Source: a virus (taxonomy: Duplodnaviria; Heunggongvirae; Uroviricota; Caudoviricetes). Taken from it: a stretch of DNA of 64,000 bases. Location of the stretch: positions 32,001 through 96,000 of the IMG/VR virus record IMGVR_UViG_2851976983_000001. One strand, written 5' to 3'. The notes beneath the pieces are model-generated. The model was not told the DNA's origin and did not search any database. It saw only the letters and a program-made list of their open reading frames with translations. How positions within the stretch are numbered: the stretch's first letter is position 1; every line of letters begins with the position of its first letter. This document shows, piece by piece, positions 1 through 9,434 of the stretch. Made by a program: the position numbers and the translations under genes.

Positions 1-929
1 CGACCGCTGGCGTTCTTTGGCAGGTATCCTTCTTCCAGCATGTACTCGACGAGCGACTCGATAACGTCGAGGCCACGAGTAGGATCGAAGTAGAATTTCC
101 AGGTGCATTTGCCATACGGTGGTGCAACTTTGTTTTTGATGCACTCTGCGCCTACGTCCTGACCGATCTTCTCTTTCCCATCCTTCATCACCGATGCACC
201 GAGACGGATGCGCACAGAAGCGTAAAACTTCGGTGAATCGCCGCCTGGAGACGTAGTAGGGTCGCCAAACATTACACCGATTTTTGTGCGAACCTGATTC
301 AAGAAGATGATGCAGGCGTTGTATTTGCGTGCCCACAAAGCCAGAGTAGGGAAGTTCGCACTCGTCGCACGAGCCAGTGCCGTATTGTCGTTCATGTTTA
401 GCTGATCTTTGTCTTTGGCTGTGCCTTCAGCCATCTTTTCGAACTTCTCGGCTTTGGAGTTCGGAACCATAGACGCAAGAGAGTCAGCCACGATACAGAT
501 AGGTGCTGATTCGGGGATAAGCTCTTCATCACGAACCAATTTAAGTATTGTGCCGATCAACTCTACAGAGTCTTCGAAGGTATCTGGCTGCTTGTATACC
601 CACTGACCGTCATCCTCATCTGCGTTCAGGCCATTGGCTACAGCCAGGCCAACGTCAAAACTGTTTTCATGATCGAGGAATACCGCCAGACCATCTTGTT
701 TTTGAGCGGAGATCATCGCTGCTGTTGCAAGGAACGTTTTCCCCGCGCTTGGTGGCCCGAATACTTCTACGATACGACCACATGGGAAACCGCCATCGTA
801 ACGACCGGAAATAGCTTTGTTTAACGGAGGAAAGCCTGTGTCAATCCAATGAGTTACTTTCTGAATTTCGTCGTTGCTACCGATTTTCTTTTTCAGAGCA
901 AGTGCCAGTGCGGATTTTCCTTTTGCCAT
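1..929 (-). CDS. RecA-family recombinase (partial; C-terminus lies beyond the window start)
   Basis: ATG at 929-927 read by hand; translation MAKGKS... contains RecA-like Walker A VEVFGPPSAGKT (around 730-770); ORF runs off the window edge. Confidence 0.7.
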   Translation of the reverse strand, partial: MAKGKSALALALKKKIGSNDEIQKVTHWIDTGFPPLNKAISGRYDGGFPCGRIVEVFGPPSAGKTFLATAAMISAQKQDGLAVFLDHENSFDVGLAVANGLNADEDDGQWVYKQPDTFEDSVELIGTILKLVRDEELIPESAPICIVADSLASMVPNSKAEKFEKMAEGTAKDKDQLNMNDNTALARATSANFPTLALWARKYNACIIFLNQVRTKIGVMFGDPTTSPGGDSPKFYASVRIRLGASVMKDGKEKIGQDVGAECIKNKVAPPYGKCTWKFYFDPTRGLDVIESLVEYMLEEGYLPKNASG

Positions 930-931
930 GA

Positions 932-1204
932 TCAGGCTCCTTTTGTTTCGTTGATTCGTTTTAAAGCGGCGGATTCGTCGAATACAATCGCATCGTGATT
1001 AAGGAGTCTGGATACACGAGCGAGGATTTTTACGACCTGCTCGCTGACTAATCCAAACTCGCGATCTGTCGCTTTCATTCCGGCAGCGCCTAGAATTGAC
1101 GGCAGTGCGATGACAGCGTACTCACCGTGATAAAAGACAATCTCTTTTGCCAGTTGGGTGGGGGTGGTTGTAGCGCCATTAATAATCGATTTAAGCATTA
1201 GCAA
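932..1204 (-). CDS. hypothetical protein (90 aa)
   Basis: ORF track; tightly packed between recombinase and exonuclease genes on the same strand. Confidence 0.45.
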   Translation of the reverse strand: MLMLKSIINGATTTPTQLAKEIVFYHGEYAVIALPSILGAAGMKATDREFGLVSEQVVKILARVSRLLNHDAIVFDESAALKRINETKGA

Positions 1205-2193
1205 TACCTTTCGAATGGAAGAACAAACACTTCAAGGTCTTCAAGGAACGAACGGAAATTCAGCTCGTAGCACAGTTGCTCGAATGCTTTCACGTCACGA
1301 TTGCCTTTGATTGTTTCGATTTCGGTAGGCGGAAACTTCGTCTCAATCAGGTTCATTAGCGTGATGTTTCTCTTGAACGCTTCGAGCATTCGACAGCCTG
1401 TTTTCTCGTTGAAGGCATTCTTCGCTAGTTTGTTGAAGGCGGTCTTATGGCGTCCTTTGTCAACCACGATTGAGCCGTCGTTGATGCCGCGTACCATCGT
1501 TGCGACACTTCCCCATTCATGCAGAAGCTCTTTCGCACCGCCAGCACCAATGCCACCAACACCGCTAATGTTGTCCGATTTATCGCCTTGTAATGCTTTT
1601 GCTTCCAAAAATGCGCGAGGCGTGGCGAATCCTGTCAGCTCCGCAAATTGCTCAAAATTAACCTGCTTGTTTTTGGCGTCTTCACGCAGGCTTACCCAGC
1701 TTACGTTTTCACGAACTAACTGAAGCCAGTCGCTATCGCCTGTTAACAGATAGATGTGTTCAACGGTTGGCTGCGGTGCCATGCGGGATACCAGCAGCCC
1801 GGCCAGATCATCCGCTTCTGCATCTTTTGCAATGAGTTGGGTAACTCCAAGCGCGGTCATCATTTTGAGGATGTATGGCTTCTGGATAGCAAAGCCTTCC
1901 TTCATCTTTTTCATATCAGGATCGTCGTCGCGATTTGCTTTGTAGTCCGGGTAAAAGTCGCGACGCTTGTCACTAAATCCATCCCAAAGAATCATAGGTC
2001 GGGCATGGAGGATGGAGGCATAACGACGGACGTTCTTAACAAAGCCGAAAGCAGCCTGTACTTCCATTTCGCCGTTGTGCAATTTGTCAGATTGTTGGTG
2101 GTAATAACCCAGGCTATTGCCATCTACGAAGAGATAATTCACCGGTACATTCCTTCCAAAAAGTAAGGCGTCCGTAGACGCCTTACTGGTCAC
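1198..2193 (-). CDS. 5'-3' exonuclease / flap endonuclease (Pol I N-terminal-like)
   Basis: 331 aa; acidic clusters LTGDSDWLQL and GDKSDNISGVGGIGAGGAKELL (H3TH-type motif) typical of the FEN/5'-3' exonuclease family. Confidence 0.8.
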   Translation of the reverse strand: MTSKASTDALLFGRNVPVNYLFVDGNSLGYYHQQSDKLHNGEMEVQAAFGFVKNVRRYASILHARPMILWDGFSDKRRDFYPDYKANRDDDPDMKKMKEGFAIQKPYILKMMTALGVTQLIAKDAEADDLAGLLVSRMAPQPTVEHIYLLTGDSDWLQLVRENVSWVSLREDAKNKQVNFEQFAELTGFATPRAFLEAKALQGDKSDNISGVGGIGAGGAKELLHEWGSVATMVRGINDGSIVVDKGRHKTAFNKLAKNAFNEKTGCRMLEAFKRNITLMNLIETKFPPTEIETIKGNRDVKAFEQLCYELNFRSFLEDLEVFVLPFERYC

Positions 2194-2202
2194 GTAATGG
2201 GA

Positions 2203-3231
2203 TTACAGAGAGTCCAGCTCTCTCAGTAGGTCATCCAGACCTTCATCTTCCGTCGCAGATGCGGTTGCTACAGATGTCGCTGCGACTGCTTCAGACTCTT
2301 TGACTGATACGGCAACGGCAGCGGAACTTGCCTCTGGTTTAAATTCAGTTTCAACGGCACGGAGGATTTCTTCATCAACCAGACTGGTTGGTTCAGAAGC
2401 CGGTGTGTGCGCGGTTGCTACAGCCGTCGCTCCTTCTGTATGACCAGTGACAGAGCCAAATCCAGGTAGTGCCGCAGCCGATGTTTTCGCGGTTGAGGAA
2501 ATTGCTGGTGCAGATGCTGCGGCAGTTGGTGCAGCGATGCCAATCAGACGACCCATAGTGCGAACTGTCGACAGAAGACGAGTTTCATCAGCCTGATTTG
2601 CGTATGCGATCAGATCATGCTGGGTGTTCCAGAATTTATCTTCGATATCGCCTTTGTAGACTTTACGCTTAGGCGAGACGTCATATTTGGTATCGCGACC
2701 AGAGCCAGTACGTTTAATCAGGAATGCGTAGCCTTCCTCTTTGCTCAGTGGATTGCCGATATCATCAGCGATGTCTTCGGTGATTGCTTTGCAGATATCA
2801 TCGAATACAGTAGACGGCAGCTCGATTAACTGGCATTTCTCAGCATCTGCGAAATCCTCACGAGCAGAAAGAATGCCGTTGACCAGGTAGCGAGGAGTGG
2901 CACGCATTTGACCGATGCGTTCTTCCATTGCTTTGTTACCCTTGTGACGAGCGCGACCTTCCATCACCATTTCGCATAGCTGACAAGCGCGACCGTGAGT
3001 ATGTTGCTCACAAATATAAGCGTTGGTTGCTTCTTTACCTTCCTCATTCTGATACTTAACGTAGTGCATACCGAAAGTCTGGAAGAACTTACCGTTTGGG
3101 TCGTCTTTATTCGGGAAGATGCGGATATAGTTGACGCCGTCTTTTAAGCGAGTCAGATCAACGTTGTTACCACGTTTGGCGGCAATGTCTTCACGAGTTT
3201 TGTTAAGCAAATCAAGTAATGTCTTAGACAT
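2203..3231 (-). CDS. ssDNA-binding protein (Zn-binding, acidic C-terminal tail)
   Basis: 342 aa; C-x3-H-x5-C-x2-C cluster CEQHTHGRACQLC; Ala/Ser/Thr-rich linker; acidic tail EDEGLDDLLRELDSL; sits beside recombinase and exonuclease. Confidence 0.65.
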   Translation of the reverse strand: MSKTLLDLLNKTREDIAAKRGNNVDLTRLKDGVNYIRIFPNKDDPNGKFFQTFGMHYVKYQNEEGKEATNAYICEQHTHGRACQLCEMVMEGRARHKGNKAMEERIGQMRATPRYLVNGILSAREDFADAEKCQLIELPSTVFDDICKAITEDIADDIGNPLSKEEGYAFLIKRTGSGRDTKYDVSPKRKVYKGDIEDKFWNTQHDLIAYANQADETRLLSTVRTMGRLIGIAAPTAAASAPAISSTAKTSAAALPGFGSVTGHTEGATAVATAHTPASEPTSLVDEEILRAVETEFKPEASSAAVAVSVKESEAVAATSVATASATEDEGLDDLLRELDSL

Positions 3232-3348
3232 GTGTTTCTCCTTGTTGTGATTTGGCCGATGGCGCTATGCGCGTTGGGCTTTCGTTCATTCGTGGCTCTT
3301 TCGAGCTGTTAAATGATAGATCAGTACTTACTTATTATCTATCAAAAA

Positions 3349-3780
3349 TCAACGGGGAGTAATAAAGCGTTCAGAGCCTAATCGCTCTAATTCAACGATG
3401 GCCATCTTTGACGCCTGAACGATCATGTCTCGGCGATGCGAAAAGGCGGCGACAGCATGTTTGTATATGTCTGCGATGTGCCGTGCTTCATCCAACTTCT
3501 GCCGTTTAGACAGATACTGTGGGTTTGTTTTAACCTTAGCGTCCAGTACAGACTCGTTGAACTTAATGCCGTTCATACTCAAATTCTTACGCTCTGTGTC
3601 GTATAGCTTTGCTTCAACAGCTTCAAGGTTAAGTTTTGCCTCTGCGACATCTCGATCTGCCTGCGCTAGTTTTGACCCATACTCCATTAAAAGCCGTGGC
3701 TGTTTACGCCATACTTCCTCAAGGTTGTCGCGGTCGAACTCCAGATCGGCCATGATTTTAGAAAAAATATCAGTGTTCAC
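3349..3780 (-). CDS. hypothetical protein (143 aa)
   Basis: ORF track; no recognisable motif. Confidence 0.45.
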   Translation of the reverse strand: MNTDIFSKIMADLEFDRDNLEEVWRKQPRLLMEYGSKLAQADRDVAEAKLNLEAVEAKLYDTERKNLSMNGIKFNESVLDAKVKTNPQYLSKRQKLDEARHIADIYKHAVAAFSHRRDMIVQASKMAIVELERLGSERFITPR

Positions 3781-3988
3781 TCTAATAGGTTCCTACTTAT
3801 AAAATCTGTATCAATTATATCAAACAGAGAACGGGTTTATGGCGTCATGTCAACTTTGTTCAGGGGAAAATATTGAGATCACCGAAGATAATTAGTTGTC
3901 TTATTTTGGTAAGCTGTGCTGACCATCTTTAGGTCACATACATGAGATGGATGGGGGTGTGGCATGAACGGATGAAATTCAGTCGCCG

Positions 3989-4017
3989 TTGACAGATGTC
4001 AACACTGTGAATAGAAT
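3989..4017 (+). promoter_or_regulatory. sigma70-type promoter TTGACA-17-TAGAAT with palindrome GTTGACAGATGTCAAC over the -35
   Basis: Read directly: TTGACA 3989-3994, 17 bp spacer, TAGAAT 4012-4017; GGAGG then ATG at 4035. Confidence 0.5.
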
Positions 4018-4034
4018 ACTATTATCGGAGGCGA

Positions 4035-4259
4035 ATGAAGCAACATCCGAATAAGCATATTCAAGCAGCCATTGACTATGCATTAAGTAAAGGCTGGATC
4101 TGGGTAGCTGCTGGTGGTGCTGCACATTGTTTTTGCAGACTGCGATGCGGTAATCCAGAAGGTGAACACAAAACTCACCAAATGAGCGTATGGTCGACTC
4201 CGGGTAATCCCGAAAACCATGCCAAACAGATCAAACGAATGGTTGATCGTTGTAAATGA
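4035..4259 (+). CDS. small protein, HicA-like toxin candidate (74 aa)
   Basis: Own promoter, RBS GGAGG and terminator; KGW-x8-AH and KQIKRMV resemble the HicA GW...GSHH...ILKQ pattern; weak, by eye. Confidence 0.4.
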   Translation: MKQHPNKHIQAAIDYALSKGWIWVAAGGAAHCFCRLRCGNPEGEHKTHQMSVWSTPGNPENHAKQIKRMVDRCK

Positions 4260-4263
4260 TTTC

Positions 4264-4289
4264 AAGGCGGCATTAGCCGCCTTTTGCAG
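4264..4289 (+). terminator. intrinsic terminator-like hairpin GGCGGC-ATTA-GCCGCC + TTTT
   Basis: Perfect 6 bp GC stem followed by a T-run directly after the 74 aa ORF. Confidence 0.5.
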
Positions 4290-4319
4290 AAACTGTCCAA
4301 CTATCTTCAAAGGAAAACT

Positions 4320-4883
4320 ATGGCGCTTTATAACTTCACTCTGACGCTCTCAGGCGTATCGTATGAGACGGAAGGACTGGAAGACGCGCTGTACCAAAAC
4401 GGCTGTGACGATGCGCTAATTTGCGCATATGGAAACTCCGTCTATGTAGAATTTGACCGCGAAGCACAATCACTTGATGCAGCTATCGCATCTGCGGTCG
4501 ACAATATTGAATCAGCCGGTATCGGTGCAATTGTTGAATCCGTCGACTCGGCTCTTGTGGGCTTAAGCGATATCGCGGAACTGACAGACCTGTCTCGCCA
4601 GGCAGTGGCGTTGCTCAAAGACGGTAAGCGCGGAAGCGGCGACTTCCCTTGCCCTGTACAACGCATAAAAGGCCAGTCTCCTCTCTGGGATTGGGCTGAT
4701 GTGGCTGAATGGCTCATGAATAACGGACGACTTAAAGAGGGCGATCAAATTGTCCAAAATGCCCGAACTTTGAGTAAATGGAATCTGGCGCTTCGAAACA
4801 GCGTCTCGAAAGATTTCAACGAAATAGAGCAAATTGCGGAGAAACTGATTAAACGCCGCAAAGATATTGCGAAATGCGCATAA
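4320..4883 (+). CDS. DNA-binding protein with AlpA-like C-terminal HTH (HicB-like antitoxin candidate)
   Basis: ATG 4320 with AGGAAAA RBS (the track's longer version starts at TTG 4284 inside the terminator hairpin); C-terminal LSRQAVALLKDGKRGSGDFPCPVQRIKGQSPLWDWADVAEWL matches the AlpA pattern. Confidence 0.5.
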   Translation: MALYNFTLTLSGVSYETEGLEDALYQNGCDDALICAYGNSVYVEFDREAQSLDAAIASAVDNIESAGIGAIVESVDSALVGLSDIAELTDLSRQAVALLKDGKRGSGDFPCPVQRIKGQSPLWDWADVAEWLMNNGRLKEGDQIVQNARTLSKWNLALRNSVSKDFNEIEQIAEKLIKRRKDIAKCA

Positions 4884-5212
4884 TGATGCCCGCCAATTGG
4901 CGGGCATCTGTTCTCTGTAAAGGTGTCTGGCATCGTCTGGTTCGTTAACGTTTACTAAACCAATGGTGACAAAAATTAGTTATCTTTGAAAAATAAAGGT
5001 TGCATGAAAAGAAGGGGTATGCGTTAATAGCATCGTTGGTTTGCAAGACAGACCTTATGTAAGCAGTTTTAGTAAAGCAGTCTCAGTTCAGTGTTATCTT
5101 CTGATTTCCCTTCTTCGTGAGTCTCCTCCTTAAGTGCCTAAGTAAGTCCCAATCTATACAGATCAAATTCTCGCCGCACTATGTGGCTCACAAAATTAAG
5201 AAGGTAATATCT

Positions 5213-5428
5213 ATGTCTAATAAAATGACTGGTTTAGTAAAATGGTTTAACTCTGATAAAGGCTTTGGCTTTATTTCTCCTGCTGATGGCAGTAAAGATG
5301 TTTTTGTACATTTTTCGGCAATTCAGAGTAATAATTTCCGCACTTTGGAAGAAGGCCAGCAGGTCGAATTCTCTATCGAGAATGGGGCTAAAGGCCCAGC
5401 AGCAGCAAATGTCGTTGCTCTAAGCTGA
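5213..5428 (+). CDS. cold-shock protein, CspA family
   Basis: [38 protein letters not shown]... is near-identical in pattern to enterobacterial CspA/CspB; AAGAAGG RBS; about 330 nt ORF-free leader upstream. Confidence 0.9.
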   Translation: MSNKMTGLVKWFNSDKGFGFISPADGSKDVFVHFSAIQSNNFRTLEEGQQVEFSIENGAKGPAAANVVALS

Positions 5429-5704
5429 TTCAACGCTGATGATCCTCATTTCTACAATAACGAAGACGGTGTAAGCCTGAGTGGATAGATTTGTAGGATT
5501 GTACAAGTTGAATAAATTAGCATGGTAAGGCCATGCTAATTAAATCGACACAACGGCCAGTTTATTCCATAAAAGTGAATTGCCCATTGTGGCGAAATGC
5601 GGGGTTGCCGCATGAATAGTCAAAGGCAGAAGCTAACTGCCGGCATGGCAAAACAAAGTGCGTAAGAGGAGTGACTTCCTCAACAAGCGCCATAATTCTT
5701 TATA

Positions 5705-5730
5705 AACCCGCCAACAGGCGGGTTTTCTTT
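5705..5730. terminator. bidirectional intrinsic terminator AACCCGCC-AACA-GGCGGGTT
   Basis: GC stem flanked by A-run and T-run, between convergent csp and polymerase genes. Confidence 0.6.
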
Positions 5731-5731
5731 A

Positions 5732-8700
5732 TTACTTATTTATTGTCTCCGCGATATCAGCCAGAATGGCCTCCAGTCGCTCTCCTTCTTCCGGTCGGAA
5801 GTACAGGATATTCGGGTTAAATCCGTAGAAGACGGTTGCATCAAGCTCTGGGAAGTACTCCTTACGACCAATCAGATCTGATGGTTTACTCTTATTGTTA
5901 AATAGTGCGGTTGAACGACTACCACACGTCAAAATGTAGGTTGGTCGTACAAGATTAATTTCTTCCCGCATAAAGTCTGTGAACTGGCCTATCTCGTCTT
6001 TGGTATAGTCTTTCTCTTTGTCCTTAACCTTCTTACAAACACCCGTGACATAAAGATCGCCCATGCGCAGATCTCCAACTGTCAGTAGTTTTGCCTTAAA
6101 GTCGTCGTATCCGTTCTCCATGAAGTAGCCGGTACGAGCGTCATTGCCGTTCGCATTGTCCAGAATGATCATGATTTTGGGTTTAATACCAATAGTCGGG
6201 CGTATCAACTCCTCACCCAAGCCCATTTCAGCCGCCATACGTGTCATGAGTACGTTGATTTCGGCAGAACGCTTAGGATTCATTTCGAACGGACGTGATG
6301 CTTTAACAGCGTCAATGATGAGATTGCCCATCAGTTCAGCCTGGTCGCGCAGTCGTTCAGGATCAGTTGCTGGCAGACTGCCTGGCTCAATTGACGCAAA
6401 AGCCCCTACTTTATGAAGCGACTCGCGTACACGACTGTTACATGCACGCTTCTCGACCGCTTCATCGAATTGTGCCACTGACTCGAATTTGCCACCAACT
6501 TTCTCACGCGCACGCATAATTGCCTGACAACCATTTTCAGAACAGCCTTTCACAGCAGAGAATGGCGCATACAGTGCCTGACTGCCGTCTTCGAGTGTGC
6601 GGATCTCAATTCGGTTAGATGACACATTAACGTCTGGTGGCAATACGCGAATGCCATAGGTCAGCGCATCCTTCACCAGCCCCTGATGCTTATCCTCGCC
6701 CAGAATGGTGAGCGCAGCTGCGAAGAACTCAGCAGGGTAGTGCGTCTTTAGCCACATAGACTGATAACTGATTAAAGAATAAGCAACGGAGTGTGATTTA
6801 TTGAACTGATAGGCTCCGTTTTTCTCAAATGCAGTCCATATCTCTTTTGCCTTCGTCTCAGACAGACCTGGATGTGACGTTGTAACGCGCACAACTGGCA
6901 TTGGCAGCTTCACTCCATGCTCCAACGCCTCTTCAACTGTCCTCAGAGTACCGTCCTCGCATTTAAAATGTTCTGCGCGATGAATCCGTTGTATTGCGCC
7001 ATTTTCAAGCTCTACGTCGATCCACCCAGCTTGAGCCTGAATGACAAATTTCTCACCCATGCTCCTCATCTTTTCCATGTTCTTCTTACCGATTGCTGAA
7101 CGCACACCATCCGCCTCGGCCATTGTGAAACCAGCAAGAAGCCTTGTTGCGTTCATCGTTTGTTCCTGATAGAGAATCACTCCATTTGTTTCAGAGGTCA
7201 GTTCATCCAAGACAGGATGTAGTGATGTAGGCGTCATAAATCCTTTCGCAACGGAAACATAGTCATCCAACATGCCGGATTGAATCGGTCCCGGTCGGAA
7301 GAGGGCGGTAGTTGCGACAACGGTTTTGAAACTCATTGGCTCGATGCCACCGCCCAGATCTTTAAGCAGCTTACGCATGGGGCCGGACTCCAGCTGGAAT
7401 ACGCCCTGCGTGTACCCTGCAGCGAACCCATCCAGAACCTTGCGATCGTCCAGTGGGATAGCGTCGAGATTGATGTCTTCACCGGTACTCTCTTTGATGT
7501 AGCGTTTCGCGCTATCCAGAAGATCGAGTGTTGCCAGACCGAGAACGTCCAACTTAATCAGCCCCATCGCCTCGCAGTAACGTTTATCGAACGCAATACA
7601 TCGAGCATTGCCACGCAGCTCGACGGGCGTGCGCTCTACTAATGGAACGCCAGCGACGATCATCCCCGCAGCGTGACGACCAAAACCACGCATCAGGCTT
7701 TGCAGCTTACACGCCGCTTTGAACGCTTCCGGGTTTTTCGTGGCGTATTTGTCCAGGCTGGCCAGTTGCTCGCGCAGCTCTTCCAGAGACAGGCTGTCGT
7801 CCTCCATATTCTTGAACTCTTTGGATACCGCCATATCCGCAGCATCGACACCGTAAATACGTGCAGTGTCACGCAGCGCAGATGCCGCGCCCAGATAGGT
7901 GAAGTTCGGAATGCCTGCAACGTAATCTTCGCCGTAGCGTTCATTCAGATACTCGATCACCTCATGGCGACGTGCCTGGCTGAAGTCCAAGTCCGCATCC
8001 GGCAAGTCGAGACGCTCAGGGTTGATGAAACGCTCAAACAGAAGACCGTGACGGATTGGGTCGACGTTGGTTATGCCTATGCACCACGCCACCAGAGAAC
8101 CGGCAGAGGAACCACGACCAGGCCCGACAGGAATGCCAGTTTCACGGCTGTGATTCATCAGATCGCGTACCATCAGGAAGTAACCACAGAATCCCAGGCG
8201 AGTCAGCGTGTCCATTTCGTACTTTAGCCGCTCAACATAAACCCTGTTCTCAGAAGCAGGTGGTGTGTATCCAAACTCTTTTGTGGTAAGACGTTTACGC
8301 AGCCCTGCAACAGCCAGTTTCATCAGCGTTGCAGGTTCGTCGTCTGCCATCTTGGGCAGTGCTGGTGGCAATTCATGCCAGCGCCATGTGCAGGCATCGA
8401 TAATGGAGTCCTGCGTTGTTGAGGCCATTGCAGCTGTTACCGGCACATCCATGCGAACGGAGAAGGCTTTAAGCGCCTCAAGGAGATGGCGACGACCATT
8501 GATGGCGTTATCTCGCTGGTGGGGGATACGCAGACGATGCGGCTGGTCGATTTTTATGTTGTTCGTAACCATGTGCGCAATGTCTTTAATGTCTGCATCG
8601 TCGATCGATTCGTAATAAGCGGGATAGAACGCCACTGGCTCTATTTTCAATGCGCTGGCGACTTTCATCGCCCGGACGTTAATCTGGTCGTAGAATGGGG

Positions 8701-9250
8701 TAGGGTGCGGATAAACCACACTATAGAAGTTGTCTTTTCCACCCGCTGTAATCAGTGTGCTTATGATTTTTGCAAAATCGTTGCGTTGGAACACGCTACC
8801 GATGTCGGAAGTAAGCAGGATGATGTTACCTTTGGCATATGTAGAAACCAACTGTTCGAGCGAGAGACGCGGTACAAAGTAGAACTGTTCTCGTGTGTTG
8901 GCCGCCGTCATTAGTTCGCAGATGTCGCGATATCCTTTCTCATTTTTAATTAGAGCGGTAAACGAGTAGTTACGTCCTCGCTCCAATGATTCCATACATC
9001 CCTTAGACTCTTTAGCAAGTTTAGCCCGGTGCTCGTATGTGGGATCATCAACGATGTTTAGTTTCACACCACAAATAACCGCCATGTCGTCACCAGCGGC
9101 ACGTTGTAGTGGAATAACGCTCGCAATATTCATGCTATCTGCTGAAATTACAGCGGTGTAGCCAGCTTCTCTGGCAATCTTCACCGCGTTTTCTGCTTTT
9201 AAAGCCGACTCCCCAAGTGAGAAGTCAGTTCGAACCATCAGTGCCTTCAT
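5732..9250 (-). CDS. DNA polymerase III alpha-type (DnaE-like, PHP domain) replicative polymerase
   Basis: 1172 aa; motifs GPGRGSSAGSLVAW, LLFERFINPER, FQLESGPM, ALFRPGP, ILYQEQ, FNKSHSVAYSLISYQSMWLKTHYPAEF align with E. coli DnaE core motifs. Confidence 0.85.
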   Translation of the reverse strand: MKALMVRTDFSLGESALKAENAVKIAREAGYTAVISADSMNIASVIPLQRAAGDDMAVICGVKLNIVDDPTYEHRAKLAKESKGCMESLERGRNYSFTALIKNEKGYRDICELMTAANTREQFYFVPRLSLEQLVSTYAKGNIILLTSDIGSVFQRNDFAKIISTLITAGGKDNFYSVVYPHPTPFYDQINVRAMKVASALKIEPVAFYPAYYESIDDADIKDIAHMVTNNIKIDQPHRLRIPHQRDNAINGRRHLLEALKAFSVRMDVPVTAAMASTTQDSIIDACTWRWHELPPALPKMADDEPATLMKLAVAGLRKRLTTKEFGYTPPASENRVYVERLKYEMDTLTRLGFCGYFLMVRDLMNHSRETGIPVGPGRGSSAGSLVAWCIGITNVDPIRHGLLFERFINPERLDLPDADLDFSQARRHEVIEYLNERYGEDYVAGIPNFTYLGAASALRDTARIYGVDAADMAVSKEFKNMEDDSLSLEELREQLASLDKYATKNPEAFKAACKLQSLMRGFGRHAAGMIVAGVPLVERTPVELRGNARCIAFDKRYCEAMGLIKLDVLGLATLDLLDSAKRYIKESTGEDINLDAIPLDDRKVLDGFAAGYTQGVFQLESGPMRKLLKDLGGGIEPMSFKTVVATTALFRPGPIQSGMLDDYVSVAKGFMTPTSLHPVLDELTSETNGVILYQEQTMNATRLLAGFTMAEADGVRSAIGKKNMEKMRSMGEKFVIQAQAGWIDVELENGAIQRIHRAEHFKCEDGTLRTVEEALEHGVKLPMPVVRVTTSHPGLSETKAKEIWTAFEKNGAYQFNKSHSVAYSLISYQSMWLKTHYPAEFFAAALTILGEDKHQGLVKDALTYGIRVLPPDVNVSSNRIEIRTLEDGSQALYAPFSAVKGCSENGCQAIMRAREKVGGKFESVAQFDEAVEKRACNSRVRESLHKVGAFASIEPGSLPATDPERLRDQAELMGNLIIDAVKASRPFEMNPKRSAEINVLMTRMAAEMGLGEELIRPTIGIKPKIMIILDNANGNDARTGYFMENGYDDFKAKLLTVGDLRMGDLYVTGVCKKVKDKEKDYTKDEIGQFTDFMREEINLVRPTYILTCGSRSTALFNNKSKPSDLIGRKEYFPELDATVFYGFNPNILYFRPEEGERLEAILADIAETINK

Positions 9251-9434
9251 GTGTTTTTACCTTTCTGGTTTTTTTGATTTTGTCATTTGGGAAGCCTACG
9301 AACTTCCCATGCATCGAAATCGCAACTTCTTTTGCTGATTGGTGACAATCGGGCTTGTCTGGACACACCAGACAAGCCTTACCAGTTTCAGAAGCAGCGA
9401 TAAGAGAGCCGAAACATCCTTTACGCACGATCAA
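9225..9434 (-). CDS. small Cys-rich hypothetical protein (69 aa)
   Basis: ORF track; bridges the CobS-like and polymerase genes with overlaps; CxxC-like pairs. Confidence 0.3.
   Translation of the reverse strand: MIVRKGCFGSLIAASETGKACLVCPDKPDCHQSAKEVAISMHGKFVGFPNDKIKKTRKVKTHEGTDGSN

Noticed and set aside
409-2166. Plus-strand track ORFs 409..606, 548..814, 1301..1723, 1754..1945 and 1756..2166
   Set aside because: Antisense to the RecA-family and exonuclease genes, which have clear family motifs
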